64,000 nucleotides of DNA, taken from an uncultured bacterium (lineage in GTDB: Bacteria; Krumholzibacteriota; Krumholzibacteriia; WVZY01). Shown piece after piece: positions 39,520 to 48,072 of this stretch. Numbering within the stretch: position 1 is the stretch's first letter; every line of letters starts with the position of its first letter. A model generated the notes under the pieces. The model worked only from the letters and a program-made list of their open reading frames with translations. It ran no database searches and had not been told where the DNA came from. Made by a program: the position numbers and the translations under genes. The stretch is taken from positions 30,043-94,042 of the forward strand of contig CAZZKJ010000004.1 in NCBI GenBank assembly GCA_964654695.1, read 5' to 3'.

Positions 39520-41115
39520 TCAATATGGTTTCTCGTATTTATCTTTACCAGGTTCAGTGGTTATCGAGCGGTCGAATAAAAGCTTATTATCCCCGGCGTC
39601 CGTTATGGAAGGCAGGACCCGGCATATGTGTTCTACTATGATCTTCATCTTCCCTGGTAAAATTTTCCCAGCTACATCGGTAGATTCGTGGTAGTCATAA
39701 TGATACCCGGAGAAATAAAAGATAACCGGGATTCCCATCTCATGAAATACCGCATGATCGCTGGCACCCCTGAAATGCAGGTAAGGAGCGACTCGAACAT
39801 CGAAGCCCAAATCCACGGCGGCCCTGCGGGCGGTTTTGCCGAGCATGGGAGTCTGGCCGGAGCAAAAAACTATAAACATATTCTTGTTCTCTTCCTTATC
39901 CATATTGTTGCGGCCGATCATGTCGAGGTTCAGCACGGCCTTAAGTTTATCCGCGGACAGGCTGCCGGCAAAATAAGTTGATCCAAGGACTCCTTTCTCC
40001 TCTCCGCAAAAGGATACGAACAAAAGCGAACGCGAATGTTTTACACCGGACATCAGGCGCGCTGCTTCCAGGAGCCCTGCGGTTCCAGACGCATTGTCAT
40101 CCGCTCCATGATAGATGTCTCCTCCGCTTCCGACTCCGAGATGATCATGATGAGCTGATACCATTACAAATTCATTTTTTAGATCAGGATCATCGCCCTC
40201 CAAAAAACCGATAATGTTGGCCGGTTTTTTTTCAATTGTCGATGCGATGCGCACGACCATTCTGACTTTCTTGCCGGGAACGGCCACCGCGACCGGCTTC
40301 ATGAATTCATCAATCCGACCCTGTATCTCATTCAGATCAATACCGGTTTTATCAAGCAGCGATTTCACAACCGGTTTTGTAGCATAGAACAGTGGGATGG
40401 TTTCTTCAGCTCCCGCCAGCGCCATAAAAGGTTTTTTCATCGCCTCGCCGTATCTGCGCATCAGCGTTTTATCCAGATCCTGATGTCCGTTCTTTTCATC
40501 ATTAACGATTATCACCCCAACGGCTCCATGCCTGCGGGCATTTTCTATTTTGACTCTGGGATTCATATATCGTGTCGGAGACGGGCCGCGAAACTTTTCA
40601 GTGTTGGCTTTTTCGCCCGGCTCATGGTTAAGAATGAGCACTATCTTGCCTTTTACATCAATAGCAGCATAATCGTCGTAATCATACTCCGGGGCGCTGA
40701 TTCCGTAACCGGCGAATACCACTTCTCCTTCTAAATCTGCGTCTTTATGTCCGCGAAGAGAATAGAATACTTCCTTGTCTGTATGAAAAACGCTGCTTCC
40801 ACTGCTGTCCATAACTGATAAAAACGTTTTTCTCCTGGCAAGAGTGGATTCGAGCACGCTGAAAACCTGACGATATTCGTCCAATCCGGGAAAAGGCTTG
40901 AGCCCGGCCTGCATAAAACAGGAGACGATATATTTTTCGGCGATGACATCCCCCCTGCTGCCGGCTTCGCGCCCTTCGAGTTCATCGGAAGCCAAAAACC
41001 TCACGTGCGCCATCAAGGCCCGTTCCGAAACATGCAATCCTGCCGATCGCGCAGATAAAACTGAAAGCGCCAGGAGGGCCCCGAGAAACATCGATTTAAA
41101 TGACTGCTTGAACAT
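39520..41115 (-). CDS. M28 family zinc peptidase with PA domain (secreted aminopeptidase / carboxypeptidase)
   Basis: Signal peptide; HHDHLG, DDNASG and GCGEEKG metal-ligand blocks typical of M28. Confidence 0.75.
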   Translation of the reverse strand: MFKQSFKSMFLGALLALSVLSARSAGLHVSERALMAHVRFLASDELEGREAGSRGDVIAEKYIVSCFMQAGLKPFPGLDEYRQVFSVLESTLARRKTFLSVMDSSGSSVFHTDKEVFYSLRGHKDADLEGEVVFAGYGISAPEYDYDDYAAIDVKGKIVLILNHEPGEKANTEKFRGPSPTRYMNPRVKIENARRHGAVGVIIVNDEKNGHQDLDKTLMRRYGEAMKKPFMALAGAEETIPLFYATKPVVKSLLDKTGIDLNEIQGRIDEFMKPVAVAVPGKKVRMVVRIASTIEKKPANIIGFLEGDDPDLKNEFVMVSAHHDHLGVGSGGDIYHGADDNASGTAGLLEAARLMSGVKHSRSLLFVSFCGEEKGVLGSTYFAGSLSADKLKAVLNLDMIGRNNMDKEENKNMFIVFCSGQTPMLGKTARRAAVDLGFDVRVAPYLHFRGASDHAVFHEMGIPVIFYFSGYHYDYHESTDVAGKILPGKMKIIVEHICRVLPSITDAGDNKLLFDRSITTEPGKDKYEKPY

Positions 41116-41135
41116 TTGTCCGCTCCATTCCCGCT

Positions 41136-43310
41136 TTAATCTATTTCATAAACCAAAGGATTATCTTCAACAGGCAAAATACCCGCAGAGATTCTGTTAC
41201 CATTTTCAAAAGTCACGAAGCTGTACTTGCCGTAATGAATTATTTTGTAACCGGACTTTTCCACGGCATCGGCGGTCATTCCCGTTATTACGCAAACGGA
41301 TTTGGAAGGATTGTAAGGGTTTTTGAAAGTAATATAAGCGCTGTGCCCGGGATTGCCATAATGTGAACCTGCTATAGTAAAGCCGTCCTTATCCAATTCA
41401 ACCGCTGCCGGCAGAGGCATTATATCAAAGATGGCGTTTTCTGTTTTTCCTCCCAGCACTAAAAGCGATTTTTGTTTCAGATCGGCTATCGTTACCGTCG
41501 TGTCCGCTTTTATTATTCCTTCGCCCGTACGGTTGAGCTGCTTTATAATAGAGTCGTATGAAGACCTGGCATCCGGTTCCGCTCTGGACGGCAGCACCAG
41601 CAAAGAGCGGTGATCCCCAAGGACCGAACTGATGGTGGGGGGGATTTCCCCGGGCTCCATTCTGCGAAACAAATCATAATGGGGATCCACGCTGACTCTT
41701 CCTGGTTTGAAAGAACAGTTGAATGCAAAAAAGCTGTCCGGGCCGGTTATCCACACGTGTTCGACAAAAGACGTATCGCCGCCGGCTATTTCTATGGGGA
41801 CGAATAAATTGTACACCGGATCCTGCTTGATATGCACGCGGACTCGATAAGAACCTGAAGAGGAATCCAAATGTACGCCGGTAAGCTTGATAGTCGGAGC
41901 GCCTTTGCTTTTGACCCACTGTTCGAAAAATAAATCGAGATTCTTTCCACTGGTTTTCTCAATTACCTTTTCGATATCCTTCCAGGAAGCTTCCTTGAAT
42001 TGATACTGTTGATAGAAATTCCTTAGAGCCCGGTAAAACGTCTCTTCTCCGGTGATTATTTTGAGCATGTGAAAGACCATGGCGCATTTGCCGTAGCCGA
42101 CAGCTCTTGTAGCCGGAGTGGTTCGTTCTTTGAACTGCGTCAAGGGAAAGTCATTATCGCCATTCACGTAAGTTGAATAATCAATATCCAAAGTGCGCCG
42201 GTAATCAACCGCTGCGCTGTCGCTCCTCATCTTCTTGTACCGATGGTCGGCAAAATAAACCGTCAAACCTTCGCACCAATTGCCGCTGCTGTAATCCGGG
42301 TAAATGGAATTGCCCCACCAGTTATGAGCCACTTCGTGTCCCAGGGAAGTATAGACTATGAACGGCAGCCTTATGACCCTCCTTCCCAGCAGCGTAAAGG
42401 ACGGCATGCCGAATCCGGTTGGGAAAAAATTCTCTACTATTGCGAATTTCGAAAATGGATAGGGACCGATGAGACTGTTGTACATCCGGAGATATTTTTT
42501 CGACGCTTCCATGTACTGTTGAATTAAATCCCTTTCTGATGGAAAAAAACAGGCCATAATAGTAATGCCGTCCATCTCCTCCGTTACGATTTCATATCTG
42601 CCCGCAACCAAAGTGATATCCTTGCTGGGGTAGAATATCTCCCACGCCGATTCGCCCGACTCCCGGATCGGCAATGTTTTTTTACCCTCCGTCAGCGCGA
42701 AAAATCCTGGAGGCATAAACACCTTCAATGAAAAAAAAGAATAATCGCCGGGAATATCGGGATACCATCGTGTTGATCCGCTCAAATAGGTACCATCGCT
42801 GCTTATTATTCCCGATGTTTCTTCGGCGACGGATCCGCGGGAATATTCCGGCACCTTTAGAGTATCGTTAACAATTCCCTCATAACTTATATCGATAACA
42901 TTATCACCAATCGTATTGAACTTGATTTCCAGCCCTTTAGCATTGCCGGTGAAATCCTTGAAATCGTCACCAAATTGCTCGAAAAGGCTAGTACTTTCGA
43001 TCTCTTTTACTCGGACTTTTCTGCCGTTTAGTACGATTCTTGTAATGTTGAAATCTCTGCCAATCGCAAAAACATAAGATCCCCTTTTCTTAACTGATAA
43101 AGTAATGCGGTCGCCGGCTTTCATGAGATGAGCGGATGGATCCAGGTTCAATACAAGCTCGTGGTATGTAATATCCAGGGATGAATACTCCGCAGCCGGA
43201 CAAAAAATAGGCATCAGCATTATAATACCTGCAATCGTATTGAGCATGAATTTCATTACAGCGGTTCTCCTTTTTTGATTATCAACCTCATTGCGGCATC
43301 CAGGGAACAT
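41136..43310 (-). CDS. M1 family zinc metallopeptidase (aminopeptidase N-like). The true start is probably the internal MKFML... signal peptide near 43256.
   Basis: HEVAHNWWG (HEXXH) plus downstream E; GAMEN-like region. Confidence 0.8.
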   Translation of the reverse strand: MFPGCRNEVDNQKRRTAVMKFMLNTIAGIIMLMPIFCPAAEYSSLDITYHELVLNLDPSAHLMKAGDRITLSVKKRGSYVFAIGRDFNITRIVLNGRKVRVKEIESTSLFEQFGDDFKDFTGNAKGLEIKFNTIGDNVIDISYEGIVNDTLKVPEYSRGSVAEETSGIISSDGTYLSGSTRWYPDIPGDYSFFSLKVFMPPGFFALTEGKKTLPIRESGESAWEIFYPSKDITLVAGRYEIVTEEMDGITIMACFFPSERDLIQQYMEASKKYLRMYNSLIGPYPFSKFAIVENFFPTGFGMPSFTLLGRRVIRLPFIVYTSLGHEVAHNWWGNSIYPDYSSGNWCEGLTVYFADHRYKKMRSDSAAVDYRRTLDIDYSTYVNGDNDFPLTQFKERTTPATRAVGYGKCAMVFHMLKIITGEETFYRALRNFYQQYQFKEASWKDIEKVIEKTSGKNLDLFFEQWVKSKGAPTIKLTGVHLDSSSGSYRVRVHIKQDPVYNLFVPIEIAGGDTSFVEHVWITGPDSFFAFNCSFKPGRVSVDPHYDLFRRMEPGEIPPTISSVLGDHRSLLVLPSRAEPDARSSYDSIIKQLNRTGEGIIKADTTVTIADLKQKSLLVLGGKTENAIFDIMPLPAAVELDKDGFTIAGSHYGNPGHSAYITFKNPYNPSKSVCVITGMTADAVEKSGYKIIHYGKYSFVTFENGNRISAGILPVEDNPLVYEID

Positions 43311-43317
43311 CCGGATG

Positions 43318-44211
43318 TTACAGCTTCAACAAGCTTGGATCAGGCTCGACGTGCACCATGGATGAGAACACCCTGTTTCCGGAATTGAGCAGCTTTTCTT
43401 CCACAGTTTCGGCCACCGCGTGTCCCTGCTCCACGGTCAGACGGCCGGCCACATAAATCGTAAGATCAATATAGTACATGGAACCGCGCCTGCGGACCTT
43501 GAAATCACCGATTCCTTTTACTCCCTCTATTTGGTCGATCATGCTCTTCAATTTATTTAGAAGTTTGGGTTCAGGAGGTTCATCTATCAACATGCCGAGA
43601 TTTTCCCGCAGTATTTTGTAAGCCATTTGTACGATCAACGCCGCAATCAATATCCCCGCTGCTGGATCCAGAAAAGCCCTGCCGGACCTTGCTCCGATTA
43701 TTCCCAGAAAAGCGGCGATTGAAGAAAAAACATCGCTCCGGTGATCCCACGCGTTGGACAGAAGCGCAGGACTGTTTTCTCTGCGGGCAATCCAGATCGT
43801 ATAGTGATACATTGCCTCCTTTATGATAATGGATACTACGGCCGCCGCCAGAGCAAGGCCCGAGGGTCCGCGGTAAGCGTGCCTGGCAATCAGGATTATT
43901 GAAGAATAAGTCATATAGCCGCCGGTTATTATCAACAGAAGTGAAACGAATATAGCGGCCAGGGATTCAATGCCCTCGTGCCCGTAAGGATGTGTATCAT
44001 CTGCCGGTTTTTTGCTGGAGCGGTACGCGAGCCATACGATTATTGTCGCTATCACATCGGATGTTGAATGGAGGGCATCCGCGACCATTGCGCGGCTTCC
44101 TCCGGCAATACCCGCGAAGAATTTGAAACATGTCAAAGCCACGTTGACCCAGACGCCTACCTGGAAGCACGTATTCACCGACACCCATGTATTCTTTGTC
44201 CGCTTTTCCAT
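43318..44211 (-). CDS. Cation diffusion facilitator (CDF) family metal efflux transporter. The ORF extends to 44325, but MEKRTKN... at 44211 is the likely start.
   Basis: ADALHSTSDVIATIIVWLAYRSS...PYGHEGIESLAAIF CDF signature; C-terminal cytoplasmic domain. Confidence 0.75.
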   Translation of the reverse strand: MEKRTKNTWVSVNTCFQVGVWVNVALTCFKFFAGIAGGSRAMVADALHSTSDVIATIIVWLAYRSSKKPADDTHPYGHEGIESLAAIFVSLLLIITGGYMTYSSIILIARHAYRGPSGLALAAAVVSIIIKEAMYHYTIWIARRENSPALLSNAWDHRSDVFSSIAAFLGIIGARSGRAFLDPAAGILIAALIVQMAYKILRENLGMLIDEPPEPKLLNKLKSMIDQIEGVKGIGDFKVRRRGSMYYIDLTIYVAGRLTVEQGHAVAETVEEKLLNSGNRVFSSMVHVEPDPSLLKL

Positions 44212-44343
44212 GTGTTCCCGACCACAGGATCGAATTGCTGGTCGGTCTATTATAGCCCGGCAGTGTTCAAAGCTCACACAAAAAAATTCAAATTGGGAGC
44301 CCGGCTTGACCTTTTCAATAAACATTGCTAGTATTCGGTCACC

Positions 44344-45222
44344 ATGATCGATTATAAAGAATTTTCCAGGTGGGTACTGGAGCTTATCAGGCGTACGTCA
44401 ACCGATCTTCCGGAGGATATAGAGTCGGCCATAGCAGCGGCCAGGGATAAAGAAAGCAAGGACTCCGCCTCTCAGAGCGCGCTCTGGTCAATCCTTGAAA
44501 ACATAAAGCTTGCCCGCAAGCAGTCGACCCCGATATGCCAGGATACCGGTACTAATATTTTTCATATCTATCATCCACCCGGCACCTCCACCGCCGAACT
44601 CCGAAAAGCCGTCGAAACCGGTGTTAAAGATGCGACATCCATGTACTTTCTGCGTCCCAACGCGGTGGATTCACTCTCGGGAGTCAACAGCGGCAACGGG
44701 ATCGGAGAAGGCCTGCCTTCCGTGCATTTCCATGAATGGAATAAGAGCGAGGTTTTGGTCAAGCTGCTGCTTAAAGGCGGGGGCAGCGAGAATGTCGGCA
44801 TTCAATACAGCCTTCCCGATTCCCGTCTGGGCGCGGGCAGGGATCTGGCCGGAGTGGAAACCGCCGTATTGGATGCGATACAGCGCGCCCAGGGAAAGGG
44901 ATGCGCCCCGGGCATTGCGGGTGTATGTATCGGCGGAGACCGGGGCAGCTCATATGCAGCATCAAAAGAACAGCTTTTCAGAAAACTGGCTGACGAGAAC
45001 CCCATACCGGAGATGAGGGATCTCGAAAAGAAGATTCTCGACAAGGCGAACGTTCTCGGTATCGGCCCCATGGGATTTGGAGGTAAAACCACGGTTCTGG
45101 GGGTGAAAATCGGCGCGCTTCACCGCCTTCCGGCTTCTTATTTCGTATCCGTATCCTACATGTGCTGGGCATGCCGAAGACGTGAAATGAGCATAAAAAA
45201 CGGGAGAATGCGGATTGATTAG
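44344..45222 (+). CDS. Class I (Fe-S) fumarate/tartrate hydro-lyase, alpha subunit
   Basis: CQDTGT Fe-S ligand motif; 292 aa. Confidence 0.8.
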   Translation: MIDYKEFSRWVLELIRRTSTDLPEDIESAIAAARDKESKDSASQSALWSILENIKLARKQSTPICQDTGTNIFHIYHPPGTSTAELRKAVETGVKDATSMYFLRPNAVDSLSGVNSGNGIGEGLPSVHFHEWNKSEVLVKLLLKGGGSENVGIQYSLPDSRLGAGRDLAGVETAVLDAIQRAQGKGCAPGIAGVCIGGDRGSSYAASKEQLFRKLADENPIPEMRDLEKKILDKANVLGIGPMGFGGKTTVLGVKIGALHRLPASYFVSVSYMCWACRRREMSIKNGRMRID

Positions 45223-45838
45223 ACTTGAACTCCCATTGACAGAGAGTAAGGTTTCATCGCTCAAAACCGGCGATGTAGTAAAAATATCCGGAGTGTTGAT
45301 TACCGCCCGCGATGCGGGCCACAAGTTCCTCGTCGATCATTTTATCGAGCGCTCTCCCTCGTCTGATGAAAAGGATCTGTACGAGAAACTATCCCATATT
45401 TTGAAAGGCGGTATGATATATCACTGCGGACCGGTGGTAGCGAATGACAACGGTTCATGGAGATTCGTCTCGGCCGGCCCCACAACCAGCATAAGGGAAG
45501 AACCATACGAGCATAGAATCATAAAAGAGTTCGGGGTCAGAGGCATAATCGGCAAAGGCGGGATGGGCGCCAGGACCCTGCAGGCATGCCGCGATCACAA
45601 AGCGGTCTATTGCCATGCGGTCGGAGGTGCAGCAAGCCTGATAGCCAGCTCGGTAATGGAAGTCCTGGATGTGCATATGCTGGAATTCGGCATCCCTGAA
45701 GCCTTCTGGGTGATACGTGTCAAGGATTTCGACGCGGTCGTAACCATGGACAGCAGAGGGGAAAGTCTTCATAAAACCATTGAAGAAGAATCTTCCCGCC
45801 GCTTCACCGACATTATCAATAATATTCAGCAAAGTTGA
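45215..45838 (+). CDS. Class I fumarate/tartrate hydro-lyase, beta subunit
   Basis: Overlaps the alpha gene stop; IYHCGPVVA...GKGGMG motifs of the FumA C-terminal/TtdB family. Confidence 0.8.
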   Translation: MIRLELPLTESKVSSLKTGDVVKISGVLITARDAGHKFLVDHFIERSPSSDEKDLYEKLSHILKGGMIYHCGPVVANDNGSWRFVSAGPTTSIREEPYEHRIIKEFGVRGIIGKGGMGARTLQACRDHKAVYCHAVGGAASLIASSVMEVLDVHMLEFGIPEAFWVIRVKDFDAVVTMDSRGESLHKTIEEESSRRFTDIINNIQQS

Positions 45839-45969
45839 TTATACTAAATATGGGAATTAGCCTTTTAAACCCTTTCTTTGCCGCTTTATTTACAGGTGGC
45901 TGATTTATCGCGCTTCCGCGAGGTGTGTGCGGTTAATATTTTATAATCATTATTCTTACGAAATAGTCT

Positions 45970-46194
45970 ATGATCCGGAAAAATATTCCTCTTTTGCTTT
46001 TTGCATTCATTGCCGCAGTGTCCCCGGCGAAGGTCAGCTCGCATGAGACCTTCTATCTCAGGGATGACGGATCTTTTTCGGCTTTTAATCCCACCGACAG
46101 TCTTTCATTCTTTTTTCCAACTAAGGGCACGGTTCTGGATTATGACATGGACGGCCGGGAAGGGCTGACCATTCTCCGCAATAACTTTCAATAA
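45970..46194 (+). CDS. Small secreted hypothetical protein (74 aa), 7 nt upstream of a histidine kinase gene
   Basis: N-terminal signal peptide LLLFAFIAAVSPAKVSS; no recognisable domain. Confidence 0.3.
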   Translation: MIRKNIPLLLFAFIAAVSPAKVSSHETFYLRDDGSFSAFNPTDSLSFFFPTKGTVLDYDMDGREGLTILRNNFQ

Positions 46195-46201
46195 CGCCCG
46201 G

Positions 46202-47095
46202 ATGTATGAGAACGCGAAACTGTCCATCCAGGAGGTTCAGCGTCTAACGGATATCCGCATCGAACTAATCGACAGAATAACGCATGAATTCCGCACTCCA
46301 TTAACGGTCATAAAGGCGGGTCTGCTCAGCCTGCAAGTTGATGACAAGTTCATGAAGGTCCTGGATTGGACCCTGAAGTCGGTAAACAGGTTGGAGTATT
46401 TAATACATTCTCTGCTCGAGTTGAAAGACAAAGATTTCGAGGGTTCCTTGGCAGATAATTGTAAATTCAATATCGATGAATCCATCGAGAGGGCGACGGC
46501 TGCAGCGTCCCGAAAAGCGGGTCTCAAGAACGTAACATTTGAAATACGCAGACCTTTAGATATGAATCCGCCGGCTTTGACGATAACATCCGGGTCCTTC
46601 GATACTATTCTGGATAATTTAATCGATAACGCTGTTGAATTTTCAACCCCCGAAACAAATGTAATATTGGAATACGAATGCGAGCCCCGCCGGCCGTCAA
46701 GAAATTCTGACGGTGTGCCTATCGAGAACTGGAAACAGGCCAACAAGACCCAGCTGCGTGAATATGAAGCGCTGGCAGGCATAGACAAATCCTCTTCCTC
46801 CGCTCGGCGGGATGGTCAAGAAAGATCCTGCGGTTCCTTTTCGCTAAAAACGGAAGAAGACCTCTATTGGGTCTTAAAGATAACCGATACAGGAATCGGG
46901 ATCCCGCAGGATGAACTCGACAGAATATCCGAACCGTTCAGACAGGCATCCAATTCTCCCGACCAGGGGATAAAAGGAAAAGGACTGGGCTTGAGCGTTG
47001 CAGAAAAACTTTTAGCGGAATGCGGAGGCCGGCTCTACTGCAGGAGCATCGAAGGATCAGGCACAACCTTCACGGTTTTTATTCCGCTGAAATAA
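46202..47095 (+). CDS. Cytoplasmic histidine kinase core (HisKA + HATPase_c) with a ~60-aa insertion in the ATP-lid region
   Basis: H-box HEFRTPLTVIKAG, N-box LIDNAVEFS, G-boxes DTGIGIP / GKGLGLS. Confidence 0.75.
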   Translation: MYENAKLSIQEVQRLTDIRIELIDRITHEFRTPLTVIKAGLLSLQVDDKFMKVLDWTLKSVNRLEYLIHSLLELKDKDFEGSLADNCKFNIDESIERATAAASRKAGLKNVTFEIRRPLDMNPPALTITSGSFDTILDNLIDNAVEFSTPETNVILEYECEPRRPSRNSDGVPIENWKQANKTQLREYEALAGIDKSSSSARRDGQERSCGSFSLKTEEDLYWVLKITDTGIGIPQDELDRISEPFRQASNSPDQGIKGKGLGLSVAEKLLAECGGRLYCRSIEGSGTTFTVFIPLK

Positions 47096-47098
47096 CAG

Positions 47099-48064
47099 TC
47101 ATCGGCTTTTGGAGTTTTGAAGGGCAACAGAAGCGTTCCGGCGCATGCCTTCAGCCTTGCAGCGCGCTATGACGCTGCCTCTTGTATTGTCGGTAAATAC
47201 CTTATTGGATATATTCGCTAGATTCTCGAGCGGAAATTTTATTAGAGCCGACTCCCTTAAAACTGAGAAAACAGGAGATATTTCGACCATATCATTGTAG
47301 GGGCAGACTTCCTGGCAAATATCACAGCCGAAAACATGTGTTCCCATGCGATCGGCCAAATACTCAGGAATCTCTTTTCTGTTCTCAATAGTAAGATAAG
47401 AAATGCATTTCCGGGAATCCAAAAGATATGGAATATCGAGAGCTCCCGTCGGACAAGCATCCAAACATCTGGTACATGATCCGCATTCCTTTTTGAGAGG
47501 AGCAGAAGATGGAAGTTCTGCATCGGTAATTATCTCGCCCAGGAAAATCCATGATCCATGCCGGGGCGATATTATACATGTGTTTTTGCCGATCCATCCT
47601 ATTCCCGCCTTCACGGCCAACGCCCGCTCGGCAACAGGTTTTATATCCACGCACAATGAAGAGTTCATGCCGGGAAGTATTTTCCTCAGCCGGCGGTCCA
47701 TCTCGGAAAGCATTTCGTACATTATCACATGATAATCCCCTCTTCGGGAGTATCTGGCAAACTTCCCGGTATCACGGGAACCCTGTTCGTTGGAATTGAA
47801 TCCCTCATCCACCCAGTAATTCAATGCCAGACATACGGATGACCGGGCGCCGGGCAGCAGTTTTCCGGGATCAGCGCGCGACTTCCGGCTTCGTTCCAGA
47901 TACCGCATATCAGCATGCATGCCTTTTTGCAGCCATTGTTCGAATAGCTCGCCGGATTTTTCTGGAAAGTCCAGGTCCGCTATTCCTACCGAGGAAAAAC
48001 CTGCTTCGTTAGCGGCCTTTTTAATCGAATCGATGAGAGAGGAACCGGAGGCACTTGCAGGCAT
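47099..48064 (-). CDS. queG: Epoxyqueuosine reductase QueG
   Basis: Two 4Fe-4S ferredoxin motifs CGSCTRCLDACP and CDICQEVCPYN; overall QueG architecture. Confidence 0.8.
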   Translation of the reverse strand: MPASASGSSLIDSIKKAANEAGFSSVGIADLDFPEKSGELFEQWLQKGMHADMRYLERSRKSRADPGKLLPGARSSVCLALNYWVDEGFNSNEQGSRDTGKFARYSRRGDYHVIMYEMLSEMDRRLRKILPGMNSSLCVDIKPVAERALAVKAGIGWIGKNTCIISPRHGSWIFLGEIITDAELPSSAPLKKECGSCTRCLDACPTGALDIPYLLDSRKCISYLTIENRKEIPEYLADRMGTHVFGCDICQEVCPYNDMVEISPVFSVLRESALIKFPLENLANISNKVFTDNTRGSVIARCKAEGMRRNASVALQNSKSR

Positions 48065-48072
48065 ATCGTTTA

